Below, one piece after another: positions 1 to 12,790 of a DNA stretch of 64,000 nt. Position 1 is the stretch's first letter. Each line of letters begins with the position of its first letter. The notes beneath the pieces are model-generated. The model had not been told where the DNA came from. It searched no databases and worked only from the letters and a program-made list of their open reading frames with translations. The stretch lies in the NCBI RefSeq assembly GCF_009914755.1, contig NC_060928.1, one strand, 5' to 3'. A program made the translations under genes and the position numbers. This DNA is from the human T2T-CHM13v2.0 reference genome, Homo sapiens.

Positions 1-358
1 GCCTAAATTGTCCCTAAGAGAGCTGTAGGCACACAAAGGGGCTGGGTGTCTGCAGGCACCACTGTGAGCTACCGTCGCCAGATGGTCCCCAGGGAGGTGC
101 AGACAGGGTGGTTCCGGAGGCCGGCTGGCAGGGCTGGGTTCAAGCCCCAACATCCACACCAGTGTTGTTCACAGTGGCCCCAGGTGTCATCTCCGCAGAG
201 GCCTGTGATGTGGCCCTGACCCCGTACCCCAACAACCTCCTTCCCTGTGTCAGAGCCCGTGTGAGTAACCCAATAGCAGGCCTGGGGACCACAGTGTGGC
301 TGGCCCCCTCCTCTGCAGGCCTGGGCTCCGGGGGCAGGTGGCCCCTGCATGTAACTTA

Positions 359-1211
359 TGTTAGAAATGCACAATGCTTGTTCTCTGGTGCCACAAAGAA
401 ATAGTGCTCGAACATTAATTTTCTCAGCAAGGCAGTTTTTACTTTCTGCAGAAAGGGTGCCCCTCGCAGATGGAGCAATGGCAAGAGCACACCTGAACAA
501 GGGAGGGGAAGGGGTTCTTATTCCTGACACAGGTAGCCCTACTGCTGTGTTGTTCCCCTGTTGGCTAAGGTTGGACCACACAGTCTAAGCCAATTCCAAT
601 TGGCTATTTTAAAGAGGGCAGGGTAAGAGTCAGAGTGGCGGGGTGAGTAGTTTGACGGGAAGGACGGTTAGGAACAGGTAACTCAAGGTGACTTAGGTCA
701 GAGCAGGTGACCGGGATGAGTCAGGATGGAGCAGGTGACCAGGGAACAGATGTGAACTACTGATTAGGACTGGCAGGAAAATTGTTTACTGAAACTAGAA
801 GCAAGGGGCGAAGAGAACCAGGAATTTTAAATGGAGAATCAAAGAAGAGATCTGGCCGGGTGCAGTGGGTCACGCCTGTAATCCCAGTACTTTGGGAGGC
901 CGAGGTGGGCGGATCACGAGGTCAAGAGATGGAGACCATCCTGGCTAACACGGTGAAACCCTGTCTCTACTAAAAAATACAAAAATTAGCCGGGCGTGGT
1001 GGTGGGCACCTGTAGTCCCACCTACTCGGGAGGCCGAAGCAAGACAATGGCTTGAACCCGGGAGGCGGAGCTTGCAGCAAGCAGAGATCACGTGACTGCA
1101 CTCCAGCCTGGGCGACAGAGTGAGACTCTTGTCTCAAAAAAAAAAAAGAGATCTGAACATACTGACTTACTGATTCTTTGAAGACAAACTTGGAGTTCAC
1201 TATATTTAACA
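359..1211 (-). mobile_element. Solo ERV1 LTR, LTR10-like (probably LTR10A), interrupted by an AluY
   Basis: Ends are TGTTA (359) and TAACA (1211), flanked by a 4-bp TSD CTTA (355-358 and 1212-1215), typical of ERV1. The reverse complement starts TGTTAAATATAGTGAACTCCAAGTTTGTCTTCAAAGAATCAG, resembling the LTR10A 5' end as I recall it. Internal GAGCAGGTGACC repeats with TGAGTCA. Confidence 0.8.
854..1147 (+). mobile_element. Full-length AluY inserted in the LTR
   Basis: Starts GGCCGGG, AluY-type GAGACCATCCTGGCTAACACGGTGAAACCC, A tail, TSD AAGAGATCT (845-853 and 1146-1154). Confidence 0.92.
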
Positions 1212-1527
1212 CTTAGGACCCCTAGTATCTGCCACTGGGCTGCGGGGGCAGCTGCAGGGACACACACCTGTTGGGTGCCTGCTGGTTCCACCCAGGAGCA
1301 CAGCCAGCAGCCTCATGCCTCCTGCCCCCTGGCAGTCGGGTGCACGTGGAGCAGGTGGCCTTGGCCTCGACAGGGTTCCCAGGGTCCCACTGGAAGCCCC
1401 ACATGGAACTGTGCCTCTGGGACATTGCTCCAGGGACCTCGGGTGCGGGCTGGCCCCATCCTGTGGGGAGGTCCTGGGAGGGTCAGTCTGGCCCGCCTGC
1501 CTGCTGACTTGGGTGTGGCCTGAGCAG

Positions 1528-1604
1528 GTAAAGGCGACACAGGAGGAGAACCGGGAGCTGAGGAGCAGGTGTGAGGAGCTCCACGGGAAGAACCTGGAAC
1601 TGGG
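1528..1604 (+). CDS. TACC3: TACC3 coding exon (exon 11; VKATQEENRELRSRCEELHGKNLELG), TACC coiled-coil domain
   Basis: GAGCAG|GTA acceptor, GG|GTAAGG donor, 77 bp. Translation matches human TACC3 and splices in frame to the following exons. Confidence 0.96.
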
Positions 1605-1633
1605 GTAAGGAGGCCCCGTCTCCTGTCCTCCCC

Positions 1634-1723
1634 GTCCCCATCCCCCTCGCCATCCTTGTCCCCATCCCCCTCGCCATCCTTGTCCCCATCCCCCTCGCCA
1701 TCCCTGTCCCCGTCCCCATCCCC
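1634..1723. repeat. 24-bp tandem repeat (~3.5 copies, GTCCCCATCCCCCTCGCCATCCTT) in a 180-bp TACC3 intron
   Basis: Units start at 1634, 1658 and 1682. Confidence 0.9.
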
Positions 1724-1784
1724 ACCTGGCCTGGGACCGCTGGGCACCCGAGGCAATGGCTGTGTGTCTGTTCTCCTCCCACAG

Positions 1785-1828
1785 GAAGATCATGGACAGG
1801 TTCGAAGAGGTTGTGTACCAGGCCATGG
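1785..1828 (+). CDS. TACC3: TACC3 coding exon (exon 12; KIMDRFEEVVYQAM)
   Basis: Polypyrimidine tract with CACAG acceptor, G|GTGAGT donor, 44 bp, phase consistent with neighbours. Confidence 0.96.
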
Positions 1829-2651
1829 GTGAGTGCCCGGGCCACCGAGGCCACGTGCCTCCACGAGGGGCTGCCTATGCCCCACCCTGGCCCTGCCCTG
1901 CACCCTGCCTAGGACCCCACCCTCCTGAGGCCCCTTTTCCTAACACACGAGTCCCTTCAACATGGGCCCGGCCGTGGAAGCACTGAGGCGAGTTGCGGGG
2001 AAGCTGGTGGTAGTGAGGCTGGTGGCTCCCACGGAGCCAGGGCTTGGCAGGCCCCACAGTTGTGCAGATGCTGAGCTAGCAGTGGGGCTGTGGTGGGAGC
2101 AGAGTCTGTCCCGCCGTGGCCTACCCCACTCCACCCTGCCCTCGCCGTGCGGCTATGTCTAGCAGCAGCCTCTGTAGGTGTCTGGCAGGACGGGAACACC
2201 AGGCCTCATCTGGCCTCCCAAAAGCTTGGGCTCCTGGAGGTGCTACTGTGGGGATCTGTCTTAGGCTGAGTGTCAGCCGGCGGCAGGTGACCGCCTGGCC
2301 CTTGCAGTCCCTCCAGGACCACCACGAAGCACGACGCACATCCTGGAGCTCGCCATACCGGCTCCCAGGCCTCACCCTAGGCTCTAGGGTGTTGGGCGCC
2401 GCCTCTTCAGGGACCTCTGGCCCAGGCTCCAGTTCCCTGCGGATCTGATGTGGAGGAAACAGCTGTTTCCTGGGCTTTGCATCCGGCCTAGAAGATCCCG
2501 GGTGGAGGGACCCATCACCCTCCGAGGCTCACACCCACTGCCCACCTCTCCTCCTGGCGCTCGAGTCCCTTGCCTCATTCCTTGGGCTGTCTCTGGCACC
2601 CATCGTTTCGGTTGCCTCCTCATCCTGAACGTTTGCTTTTCTTTTCTCAAG

Positions 2652-2812
2652 AGGAAGTTCAGAAGCAGAAGGAACTTTCCAAAGCTGAAATCCAGAAAGT
2701 TCTAAAAGAAAAAGACCAACTTACCACAGATCTGAACTCCATGGAGAAGTCCTTCTCCGACCTCTTCAAGCGTTTTGAGAAACAGAAAGAGGTGATCGAG
2801 GGCTACCGCAAG
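2652..2812 (+). CDS. TACC3: TACC3 coding exon (exon 13; [11 protein letters not shown]...EVIEGYRK)
   Basis: TTTTCTCAAG acceptor, AAG|GTATGT donor, 161 bp. Heptad coiled-coil translation lies in ORF 2570..2947. Confidence 0.96.
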
Positions 2813-3778
2813 GTATGTCTCCGCCACCCTGGTGTCCTCACCTCGGAGGCTGATGGACTCATGGTCCAAGCCAGCGGAGCTACAAGCTGCTGTCTTTGCA
2901 CCTTGGTCCTTGGCCAAGCCTCCCCTTGCCACGGGGGCATGGGATGACCTGTGAACGAGACAGGGTGCAGGAGTCACAGCATAGCTGGTTTGCGAGGCAG
3001 CTGAGGGCGGCAGGAGGCAGAGTGAGCAGGGAGGCCATCTGAGCCGTCCGCTGTTGTGTGACAGACGACTCGGCTATGATCAGGCATCTGTGAGATTTGA
3101 GACAGCGCTGGTGCACCGGGGCCTGGGGCACCTCGGAAAGGTGTCTGGGCTGTCCGAGCGCTTGGGTCCCAAGGGTTGGGGACCCAGGGCATGCAGTATC
3201 CAAGGCGGGAGGCCCACTGAAAGGTGGTCACGGCTGTGCAAGGCCACCCTGGTGTCCTCCTGGCCACAGGACTCTGAGCGCCCCCCACCTTCTGTGCTGG
3301 GCAAGGCCCACATGCTTGCTGGAAGGAGGGATGTCTGGGCCATCCATCTGCCCAGAGCAGGCCTGGAAGGTGCCTGCGAGGCCGCCAGAGGGTTCTGCCC
3401 ACAGCAGCAATGTTGGAGCGGAGGTGCTCAACGCCTCCTGTAGAGGAGCTGGACCTGCAGGTGCAGCTGGAAGAGGGGCTGTCACTGTTGGTGCAAGGGG
3501 GTTGGGGACACCAGATGGGTCCCCTGGGAGTCAGACTAAACTGGAAAAGCGGCCCTTGCAGGGCCTGCTGAGCCACACCTCATCTGAGTCCTGAAGTCAG
3601 GTGGGTGTCAGTGGCTGGGGCCCAGCTGCCTAACAGAAGCAAGCCTGAATACTCTAGGGAAGAAGGTATCTTATGCTTTAAATTGCTGCTGCAGTTTTAA
3701 ATTAGTGTCTGGCACAGAATAACCAAGTGTGAAAGGAACAGGAAACATGAGTGAAAATCAGACCCGTTATTAGAGTGA

Positions 3779-3947
3779 GGCATGGTGATGTACACCTGTG
3801 GTCCCAGCTACTAGGGAGGCTGAGGTGGGAGGATCATTTGAGCCCGGGAGGTTGAAGCTGCAGTGAGCCATGATTGTATCACTGCACCCCCAGCCTGGGC
3901 AATAGACCAAGACCCCCATCTCTAAAATTAAAAAACAAAAACAAAAA
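3779..3947 (+). mobile_element. Alu right monomer (FRAM/AluJ fragment)
   Basis: GTCCCAGCTACT..GGAGGCTGAGG..GCAGTGAGCCATGAT..CAGCCTGGGC followed by an A-rich tail. Confidence 0.85.
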
Positions 3948-4376
3948 CTGTTGATAGACCCACAGGAGCCCCAGACGCTGGAGTTGGCACCGGCAGGTGG
4001 TGCCTCAGGTCTGCAGGGAGCAGATGGGAAGGGCCCTGTGGCAGCAGAGTGCCCACCGGCAGCAGAGTACAGCAGTCTGGCCCAGCACAGACGCTTGGAG
4101 AGGCAGGACTCTTCACACGGTGCTGCTGGCTTGAGGACACAGCGGCTTTGCTGACCTTCCCTCAGGTTGGGCTGTGGTGTGAGCAGCTGCCTTGGCCTCG
4201 CCTCTCCCCGGGGCAGGCCTGTGCCTCAGCTCCCACTGGCCACCTCCCTACTTCCTCATGGAGGCTCCTTTGCACATCTAATCCCATCTTGGACGACCCA
4301 GTGCAGACTTTAAAGTAATTGTCTTCTGTATTCAGAAGAGTATTGCTTCAATAGAGACCTTGAAACTAGAAAAGAA

Positions 4377-5391
<1,015 letters not shown>

Positions 5392-6344
5392 GAAACTAGA
5401 AAAGAACCAAATGGAAATTTCTAACAGGTACACAGTTAACAACATTAACAATTCAAAGGGTACAGGTCAGATGAGGGAAGCAGAGGCTGAGTTGGGAACC
5501 AGTGTGTGGACGGCAGCCCCCAGAGCCAGAGGGAGAGACGCCGCTGTGGCGGGAGGCTTGACCTGTGCACACGTGAGAGCTTCCAGATGCTGCCTCCCGG
5601 ACAGACGCTGTTGGGAATTTTCCACAGCAGAGAAACACAGTGCTGTGGGTTTAAGGGAGGCGTGACCTCCGCAGGACATCAGGGGCTGCATGCTGGGTAG
5701 GGGCTCAGGGAGAGGCTGCAGTGCTGAGGGTGCTTCTGGGATACAGGGCTGCGACAGAGGAGTGAGGATGGCTGGGCTGTGAGGCCGCTGGGGGCACTGC
5801 AGGAAGAAGGCAGGTAGGCTGAGCCTTCCCAAGCAGAGGCCACTCGGGGGCCCAGGAACCCCTCAGTTAGGGCTTCTCAGTCACTGAGCGGAAGGTGCCC
5901 CCAGAGGGGGCAGCCGCCTGTGAGGAGCAGGCGTGTCTGGGTAACCATGTGGCTCCTGCTGGCCTCCCCTGCCTGTCCCCAAAGCACAGGGCTCAGCTCC
6001 AGAGGGAGACGGGCTGGGCTGTCAGTGGTCCCAGGTGCATCCCACTTTCCAGCAGCACTTGGTGCCAGCAGAGGCTGCAGGTGTGGCAGGAGGGGGCCCA
6101 GCCGTGAGGGCACCAGGTTCAGGCCCGGCATCTCAGGGTGGAGAGCCAGGGCTGTCCTGAACCTCCAGAGGGGGTGAGCTGGGAACTTGTGTGAAGGGGC
6201 TTTTTCCAAAAGGAAAACGGGAGCTTACTGGCTCACGGCTGATGCCCCAGACAGCCTCGAGGATCTGCAGGTCCCCAGACACCAAGCCTGGGTGCTCTCC
6301 AGCAGACGGCGTGGTACCCACAGCTAATTCCTGCCCCTTCCTAG

Positions 6345-6451
6345 AACGAAGAGTCACTGAAGAAGTGCGTGGAGGATTACCTGGCAAGGATCACCCAGGA
6401 GGGCCAGAGGTACCAAGCCCTGAAGGCCCACGCGGAGGAGAAGCTGCAGCT
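6345..6451 (+). CDS. TACC3: TACC3 coding exon (exon 14; [12 protein letters not shown]...EEKLQL)
   Basis: CCCTTCCTAG acceptor with CTAAT branch point, CT|GTGAGT donor, 107 bp. Confidence 0.96.
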
Positions 6452-6538
6452 GTGAGTGCTGGGCGAGGCCCCACCCTGGAGGGAGAATCTGAGCACCTGG
6501 GCCCCAGCTCAGCCTCTGCCCCGCCCCTACCCCTCCAG

Positions 6539-6659
6539 GGCAAACGAGGAGATCGCCCAGGTCCGGAGCAAGGCCCAGGCGGAAGCGTTGGCCCTCCAGG
6601 CCAGCCTGAGGAAGGAGCAGATGCGCATCCAGTCGCTGGAGAAGACAGTGGAGCAGAAG
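6539..6659 (+). CDS. TACC3: TACC3 coding exon (exon 15; [11 protein letters not shown]...KTVEQK)
   Basis: CCCTCCAG acceptor, AAG|GTGGGT donor, 121 bp. Matches ORF 6456..6779. Confidence 0.96.
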
Positions 6660-6774
6660 GTGGGTGCGGGAAGCCCAGCTCAAGGGGCCGTCTGGCAGCA
6701 CCTTCTAGAAGGCCCTTGGGCCTGCTGCTCCCTCCAAGCAGGGAGAAGCCCCGCAACTCATCTTCCTCCTCCAG

Positions 6775-6840
6775 ACTAAAGAGAACGAGGAGCTGACCAG
6801 GATCTGCGACGACCTCATCTCCAAGATGGAGAAGATCTGA
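6775..6840 (+). CDS. TACC3: TACC3 last coding exon (exon 16; [21 protein letters not shown]-stop)
   Basis: TCCTCCAG acceptor. Canonical TACC C-terminal [10 protein letters not shown] motif. TGA at 6838-6840. Confidence 0.97.
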
Positions 6841-6973
6841 CCTCCACGGAGCCGCTGTCCCCGCCCCCCTGCTCCCGTCTGTCTGTCCTGTCTGATTCTC
6901 TTAGGTGTCATGTTCTTTTTTCTGTCTTGTCTTCAACTTTTTTTAAAACTAGATTGCTTTGAAAACATGACTC

Positions 6974-6979
6974 AATAAA
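6974..6979 (+). terminator. TACC3: TACC3 polyadenylation signal AATAAA (3' UTR ~6841-7000)
   Basis: AATAAA 134 nt after the stop codon, preceded by U-rich sequence. Confidence 0.9.
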
Positions 6980-7256
6980 AGTTTCCTTTCAATTTAAACA
7001 CTGAAGCCGCTCTGGTCTTGATGAAGCAAAGGTTTCCCAGCTCTAGCCTGAGGCTGAGCCGACCCGCAGGTGCCCTCCCTTCCCCTCAGAGCTGGCCACT
7101 TGGTCCCTGCCTACCCCAGGCTCAGGCCACCCTGCCGAGGGGCAGGGACAGCCAGTGGATAGAGGAGGCTCAGGCCTGCCCAGTCTGCCCCGGCCACCTC
7201 GGGTTGGCTACATGGTCCTGGCCTCAGGTACACACATCAAAGTCCAAATGGACTCG

Positions 7257-7470
<214 letters not shown>

Positions 7471-10400
7471 TAAAACAAAAACTGTGAACAGCCAGGCATG
7501 CATGCCGGTGGCTCTGATTCTGGTGCCGACCTGGCGAGCCTGCAGCCCCAGCTAATTGAGCGCTCACCTGGGTGTGGGTGTGGAGGGAGGCCCCCTGCAG
7601 GTGCAGCTGCTCAGCTCCTGTCGTCCTCGTCCTTGGGGGCGTGGAGACTTCAGAGCAAAACAGGCTTCCCTGAGGAAGTTCTGTCTCCACACGGCAGGGC
7701 TTCCTCCCCGACCCTAACCCCATCTCCAGCAGTCCCGTCCTGCGGATCTCAAACTCAGACAGGCACACTGGAACCCAAGGCAGTTCCAGGAGCCCTTCTG
7801 GTCAGGCAGAGGCTTGGCCCAGCTGGGGCATCCCGGGAACCTGGGTACCGAGCTGAGAGATGCTGGTCACTGGGTTCAGCCATGGCACCTAGGACCCCAG
7901 CACCAGCCAGAGGGCCAGGGCCTCCTGAGGGGCCAGGCAAGACCAAGGGTTGACGCTGTAACCTGTTTCCAGGGGTCGGTGCTGCTGCTGTGCCCAGATC
8001 ACGCCGTCCAGAAAAGCCGTTTTCTCCCATCAGTGAAGAGTGGGGCTCCCCACATAGGGAGGGACCCAGGCCGAGATCTGGCCGCAGTCACCTGGCCCCA
8101 GTAGTGTCTGAGCCTGGGGGTTGCAGTCCCAGGACCTGCTTCCAAGGCTCTGCGAGTCTGCCCCTTGGGCTGGTGAGCAGCACTGCAGTACTGACCTCGG
8201 GTGGGCGCAACAACACCCCCAGCCGCCGCCAGGGGTCGCTTGCCGCCATGGGCCATGCAGGGACCGGACCAGGTGGGTGACACCCTGAAGGGGCGGGGCG
8301 CGGGTGCCAAGAAGCCGCATGGACCGCCAGGGAGGCTGAGGGGCGGGCAGGGGCTTCAGCCTGGGTGGCCAGTGGGGTGTCCCCAAGGGCATGAGGGTGC
8401 ATTTGTTCTTAGCACGTTTGGAGGAGGGGGCCTGGCACAGGGATGGACGGCCACAGCGGGCCATGGCCAGTCACGGCTGGGGCAGGGACTGGGCCAGCCT
8501 CAGGGGGGCCTGGGGGCCACTCCCTCCCCCTCCACAGCCCACCTGTGCTCCTGCGGCACCTCCTGACTGGCTTCCCAGGACCATCGCGCCCCTCCCTCCC
8601 GTGGGCAGCAACCCCCATCTCAGCCCCGAGCCTGGGTAACAATAGGGTGTAATCCCTGGCTGAGGGGCCTCTGAGAGCCTTCCGTGGCCCACTTCACAGA
8701 CGAGAAACCGAGGCCCACAGACCAGTGGCCATTGGCCGGGGGAGACGGGCCAAGCACAGGGTGTGGGCCCCCTCTCCTGCTTGGGGTTGAGGATATGGGG
8801 GAGAAGAAGGGCCCTCGAGCCTCCAGAGCTCACCAGCTGCCCTATGGGCAGCACGGCCCGCCTCGGCCTCCCCGCTGCCCACAGGCATGTCCGGCCGCAG
8901 GACTCCCACCTCTCTCCCTTTGCCGGGTCAGCTCTGCTCTGACAAGGTCTCAGGACACAAGGCGGCTGCCAGGTCCTCCTCCTCACTCAGCCCTGCCGGT
9001 CTGGCCTTCTGGCTCCTCTGACAGCTGCCCAGGGCCCTGTCCCCTGCTGGGGCCTCTCTGAGCCAAGCCGGGAGCCTGCCCGGAGAAGGCCGTGCAGGGC
9101 GGCTGAACGTGTCAGGGCACCTGGCCGGGCCTGGGGCCGCGCCGAGGACACCGGCCACCAGGCAGCGTCCTGGGCCGGGAGCCTCTCTCCCAGGACAAAG
9201 GGGCCTTGTGTGGCTGAATGGGTGTTTATCCTGGAGCCTGAGTTAACTCAGGGCTGCGAGGCCAGGCGGGGGCCCTGGCACTGGCCTGCCTGGTAAACAT
9301 GACCTGAGCTGGGCACGCAGCCGTGGCCTGGACTTCCGCAGCCCCGGACCCCCTGCACATCCACGCAGTCGCCTTGTGGGGGGCTCAAGGAAACAGGAGC
9401 TGTCCTGGGGGCTGCCTCCGTGGGAGTCCTCATACACAGTCATGGAGGCAGCGCTCGGCTCTGCCCTTCCCACAGCTCAGGGCAGGGCTCAGAAACACCC
9501 CCCCGACGTGCCCCATTGGAAGGAGGGGTGAGGGTTAGACGAGGTCGTGAGGGTGAGGCCCTGGTCTGCTGGGATTAGTGTCCTTGCGGGAAGGCAGCAG
9601 GCCGGGAGAGCACTTTGGAGGAACTGACCCGCCAGCACCCTGATGGCGGACTTGGCGCCTCCAGAACCCAGAGAAACACGTGTCTGTGGTGCAAGCCATC
9701 TGGTCCCAGGCAGGATGAGACCCCGCCGTCCGAGGGGCTGTCCAGCCTGGTGCCCACCCACTGCCCAGCTCCCCCTGCAGCCAATATCCAAATCCCGAGG
9801 GGAGTGCAGGGCTCAGCCCACATGGAGAAGCTAGGTCTGTGGGGCACCCCCACCCCTCTAAGGCCACCTAGGAGTGGAACCTGCAGCTGCCTCCCTGGGC
9901 TGGTCAAGACCCTTTCAACAGGGCCGGTGGGGCTGCCCCTCCAAGCTCACTCCCATGCCCCCATGCTCTCTCCAGGGGCCGCCAGCCACCAGGCTGGATG
10001 GAAGAGGGGGTGGGGGCGAGGGAGATAGGCCAGGACAAGCTGACCACAGCCCGAGCGTTCCCTGCCAGGCACCCCTCTGCAGCCCCCACCCTGCCCTACC
10101 CAGCCTGAGCCCCGGGAGAGAGTTCACCCAGCCTGCAGGCAGACCCAGATCACCCTCCCATGGACTCAGGAGCTGTCCCCAGCCCAGGCTGAACCCCAGA
10201 CCCCTTTCGGTCCCCAAGGTCCATGCCAGTGAGGGTCGCTGCAAGCCCACGTGGTTGCTGGAGGTCCCTCCTCCAGCCCATCACTCCACTTTCTGGGAAG
10301 GACCCCCGGAGGCCTGGGGACTAAGCCCCGGCGCCGCGCCGGACTGCCCTGGTGGGCTGAGCGCACATCCCTTGTCTCTCTTAGGGAGCTCTGTGAGGGG

Positions 10401-10658
10401 CAGGACCGGGCCAGCAGCCGCTCAGGAAGCTGGAGCACGTGAGGGAAAAGCCCTGTCCCCACAGGGCTGAGGCTGGACGAGGTCCAAGGAGGGGCTTCTG
10501 CCCGAGCCCAGGCCTTCCTTGGGGTGTGCTCCAGTAGCAGGTGCGCGTGCCACCTGTGCCGTGGGTTGGAGGGGTGGAACGTGTACGTCCCGGCTGCCCC
10601 CGAGCTCTGGGGACCCCGAACTCCTGGGGCTTCTGCCTGAGCCTTTGGACCCCAACAG

Positions 10659-10672
10659 CCTGCAGGGGGCGC
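10659..10672 (+). promoter_or_regulatory. Candidate CTCF site (CCTGCAGGGGGCGC)
   Basis: 13/14 match to the CCASYAGRKGGCRS core. Motif only; occupancy unknown. Confidence 0.55.
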
Positions 10673-10821
10673 CATTGGGCCACCGGAGCCCCTTCTGCAG
10701 ACCCGGCGCGACCGCACTCCTGCCAGGCTGTTCCTACCGCCTGGCCACAGGCCTCCAGGAGGGGCCCCCACCCTGGGGCGACGAGGAGCCACCTGGGCCC
10801 GCACCAGGCCTCCCCACAGGG

Positions 10822-11300
10822 CCTCCCCACCTGCCCCCTCCCCACTGCTCTCCCTCCCCACCGCTCTCCCTCCCCACCGCACCCCCTCCCCACCACGCCC
10901 CCTCCCCACCGTGCCCCCTCCCCACCCAACGTGCCCCCTCCCCATCACGCCCCCTCCCCACCTGTCCCCCCACCACGACCCCTCCCCACCTGTTCCCTCC
11001 CCCTGCCCCCTCCCCACCACGAACCCTCCCCACCTGTCCCCTCCTCACCTGTCCCCTCCCCACCTCCCCCCTCCCCACTGCGCCCCCTCCCCAATGCACC
11101 CCCTCCCCAACACGCCCCCTCCCCACTGCCCCCCCTCCCCAAGGCACCCCCTCCCCAACACGCCCCCTCCCCACTGTGCCCCCTCCCCACCATGCCCCCT
11201 CCCCATCTGCCCCCTCCTCACCTGCCTCCTCAGCATAGCCCCCCCCACCTCCCCCTTCCCCACTATGCCCCCTCCTCACCACCCCCTCCCCACCAGCCCC
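10822..11300. repeat. C-rich degenerate minisatellite (CCCCTCCCCAC core); G4-prone on the minus strand
   Basis: More than 20 copies of CCCCTCCCCA with variable short linkers. Confidence 0.9.
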
Positions 11301-12702
11301 TCACTGCGACTTTGCCTCCCCTCTGTTCCCTGGACCCTGCACACTCACCAGACCCCTGGAGGTTTGTGGAGGGCAGGGCTGGGGACTGGGAGGTTTCAGG
11401 CCATGCAGGGCTGGAGGCAGCACACCAGGCACCCTCGCTAGCTGAGGGTCTGGCCTAGCCTGATAGGGGGACTGCAGGACAGGGGGGCCCTGGCAAGGCC
11501 CAATCCCTCCCTCCCTACCCAACCCTGCCCAGCTGGGTTCTGGGAACACACCCTGTAACTGGGTGGCTGGGGATATGGCGCTCTACAGCCTGAACCACCA
11601 GTGGTACTCACTGGGTCCTCCAACTCTGCAATTCTGCAGGCATGGACCAGACTCCAAGAAACAGCCCCTCGAACGCGTCTGCCCCAGCCCGGTTCCAAAC
11701 ACCAGGCTGAGGCTGCACAGTTTGCAAGTGTGTCAAATGAATGAAGGAACAACTGTGCAGGCTCCAGGAACCCCCACCCCACGGTCCCCGCCCCCAGTCC
11801 CCGCCTCCCTTCCACTCAGGCCCCTCCCTCCAGGCCAGCAGGGGTGAGGTGAGGGCTTAGAGCCCCTGCAGACATCAGGGTGGGCGGGGCCCCTGCCCTG
11901 TGTCTCCTCTGTCCCTCGATGTCCATTCGCACCCGTCTCCCCAAACCCCACTGACACGGACGGCCCCACCTGGCTGAGCTCACAGGAGCTCTGGGGCCCA
12001 CTCTGCAGAGAGAGGAGGGGGCGGGGGGATGCACTTATGTTTGCTTCTGAGGGACAGTGGGCAGAGGAGGGCTGTTTGTGAGTGAGACACTCAGGCCCCG
12101 GGCCTCTGGACCCTCAAAGAAAGGGTTCCTGTGTGGGCTGGGGGCTGCCTCTGCTGATAAGTGGTGGCCCGGCCACTTGGTGTCCAAAGGCCCCATGTCC
12201 GTCCACACTTAGAGACTGGGGATGTGGGAGGCTGTTCCGGCAGAGCCACGGTGTGGACACCATCCCAAGGGGGCGTCTGCAGGGGCGCACCTGTATGGGC
12301 AGAGCCGGGGCTGCTCTGAGCCCAAGGGGTTCCCAGAGGGAGTTCCTTCCCAGCCTAGTGGGGTGGGTCCAGGGCAGTGCTGGGGAGGCCAAGCTGCCAG
12401 CGTCCCACAGGGGCCCAGCGGCAGAGTGGAGTGTGAAGGCCCAGGGCTTCTGCCCAGGGCGTGTGGTGACCCACCCTTGCCCCCTGCATGCCCGGTGGCT
12501 GAGGCCACACCCCACCTAGAGCATCCTGACAGCAGGAGCCCCGCTTGGTGCCAGGCAGTCCTGGCTGGGGTGGGGCAGGTGCCATACAGTTGGCCCTGGG
12601 TAGACCCTCACCCCGACCCCCCTGTGCCCACAGTGAAGCCCAGTGTCTCCATCGGTCAAGGTAGAGGTAGAACCCTGAGATTCGAAGGCTTCTCCACACA
12701 CA

Positions 12703-12790
12703 CTCATTCATTCACATGTCAAATGTGTACTGAGCACCATCTCTGTTCCCTGCACTGTTCCAGGCTCTGGGCATGGCAAGGACAGGACAG
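12703..12790 (-). mobile_element. L2 3'-end fragment
   Basis: CATTCATTCA...AAATGTGTACTGAGCACC...TGCACTGTTCCAGGCTCTGGG resembles the L2 tail. Confidence 0.55.

Noticed and set aside
3990-4003. Further CTCF-like words (CCGGCAGGTGGTGC here; others at ~22055, ~26083, ~29786, ~40827)
   Set aside because: Weaker matches, frequent by chance at this GC content.
6930-6950. Cytoplasmic polyadenylation element in the TACC3 3' UTR
   Set aside because: The U-run is followed by AAAAC and does not match UUUUAU or UUUUAAU.
10822-11300. G-rich pause/terminator element for TACC3
   Set aside because: The G-rich strand is the template strand for TACC3, opposite to the classic G-rich pause-site orientation.
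10166-11458. Extensin-like Pro-rich and Gly-rich ORFs
   Set aside because: Translations of the C-rich minisatellite.
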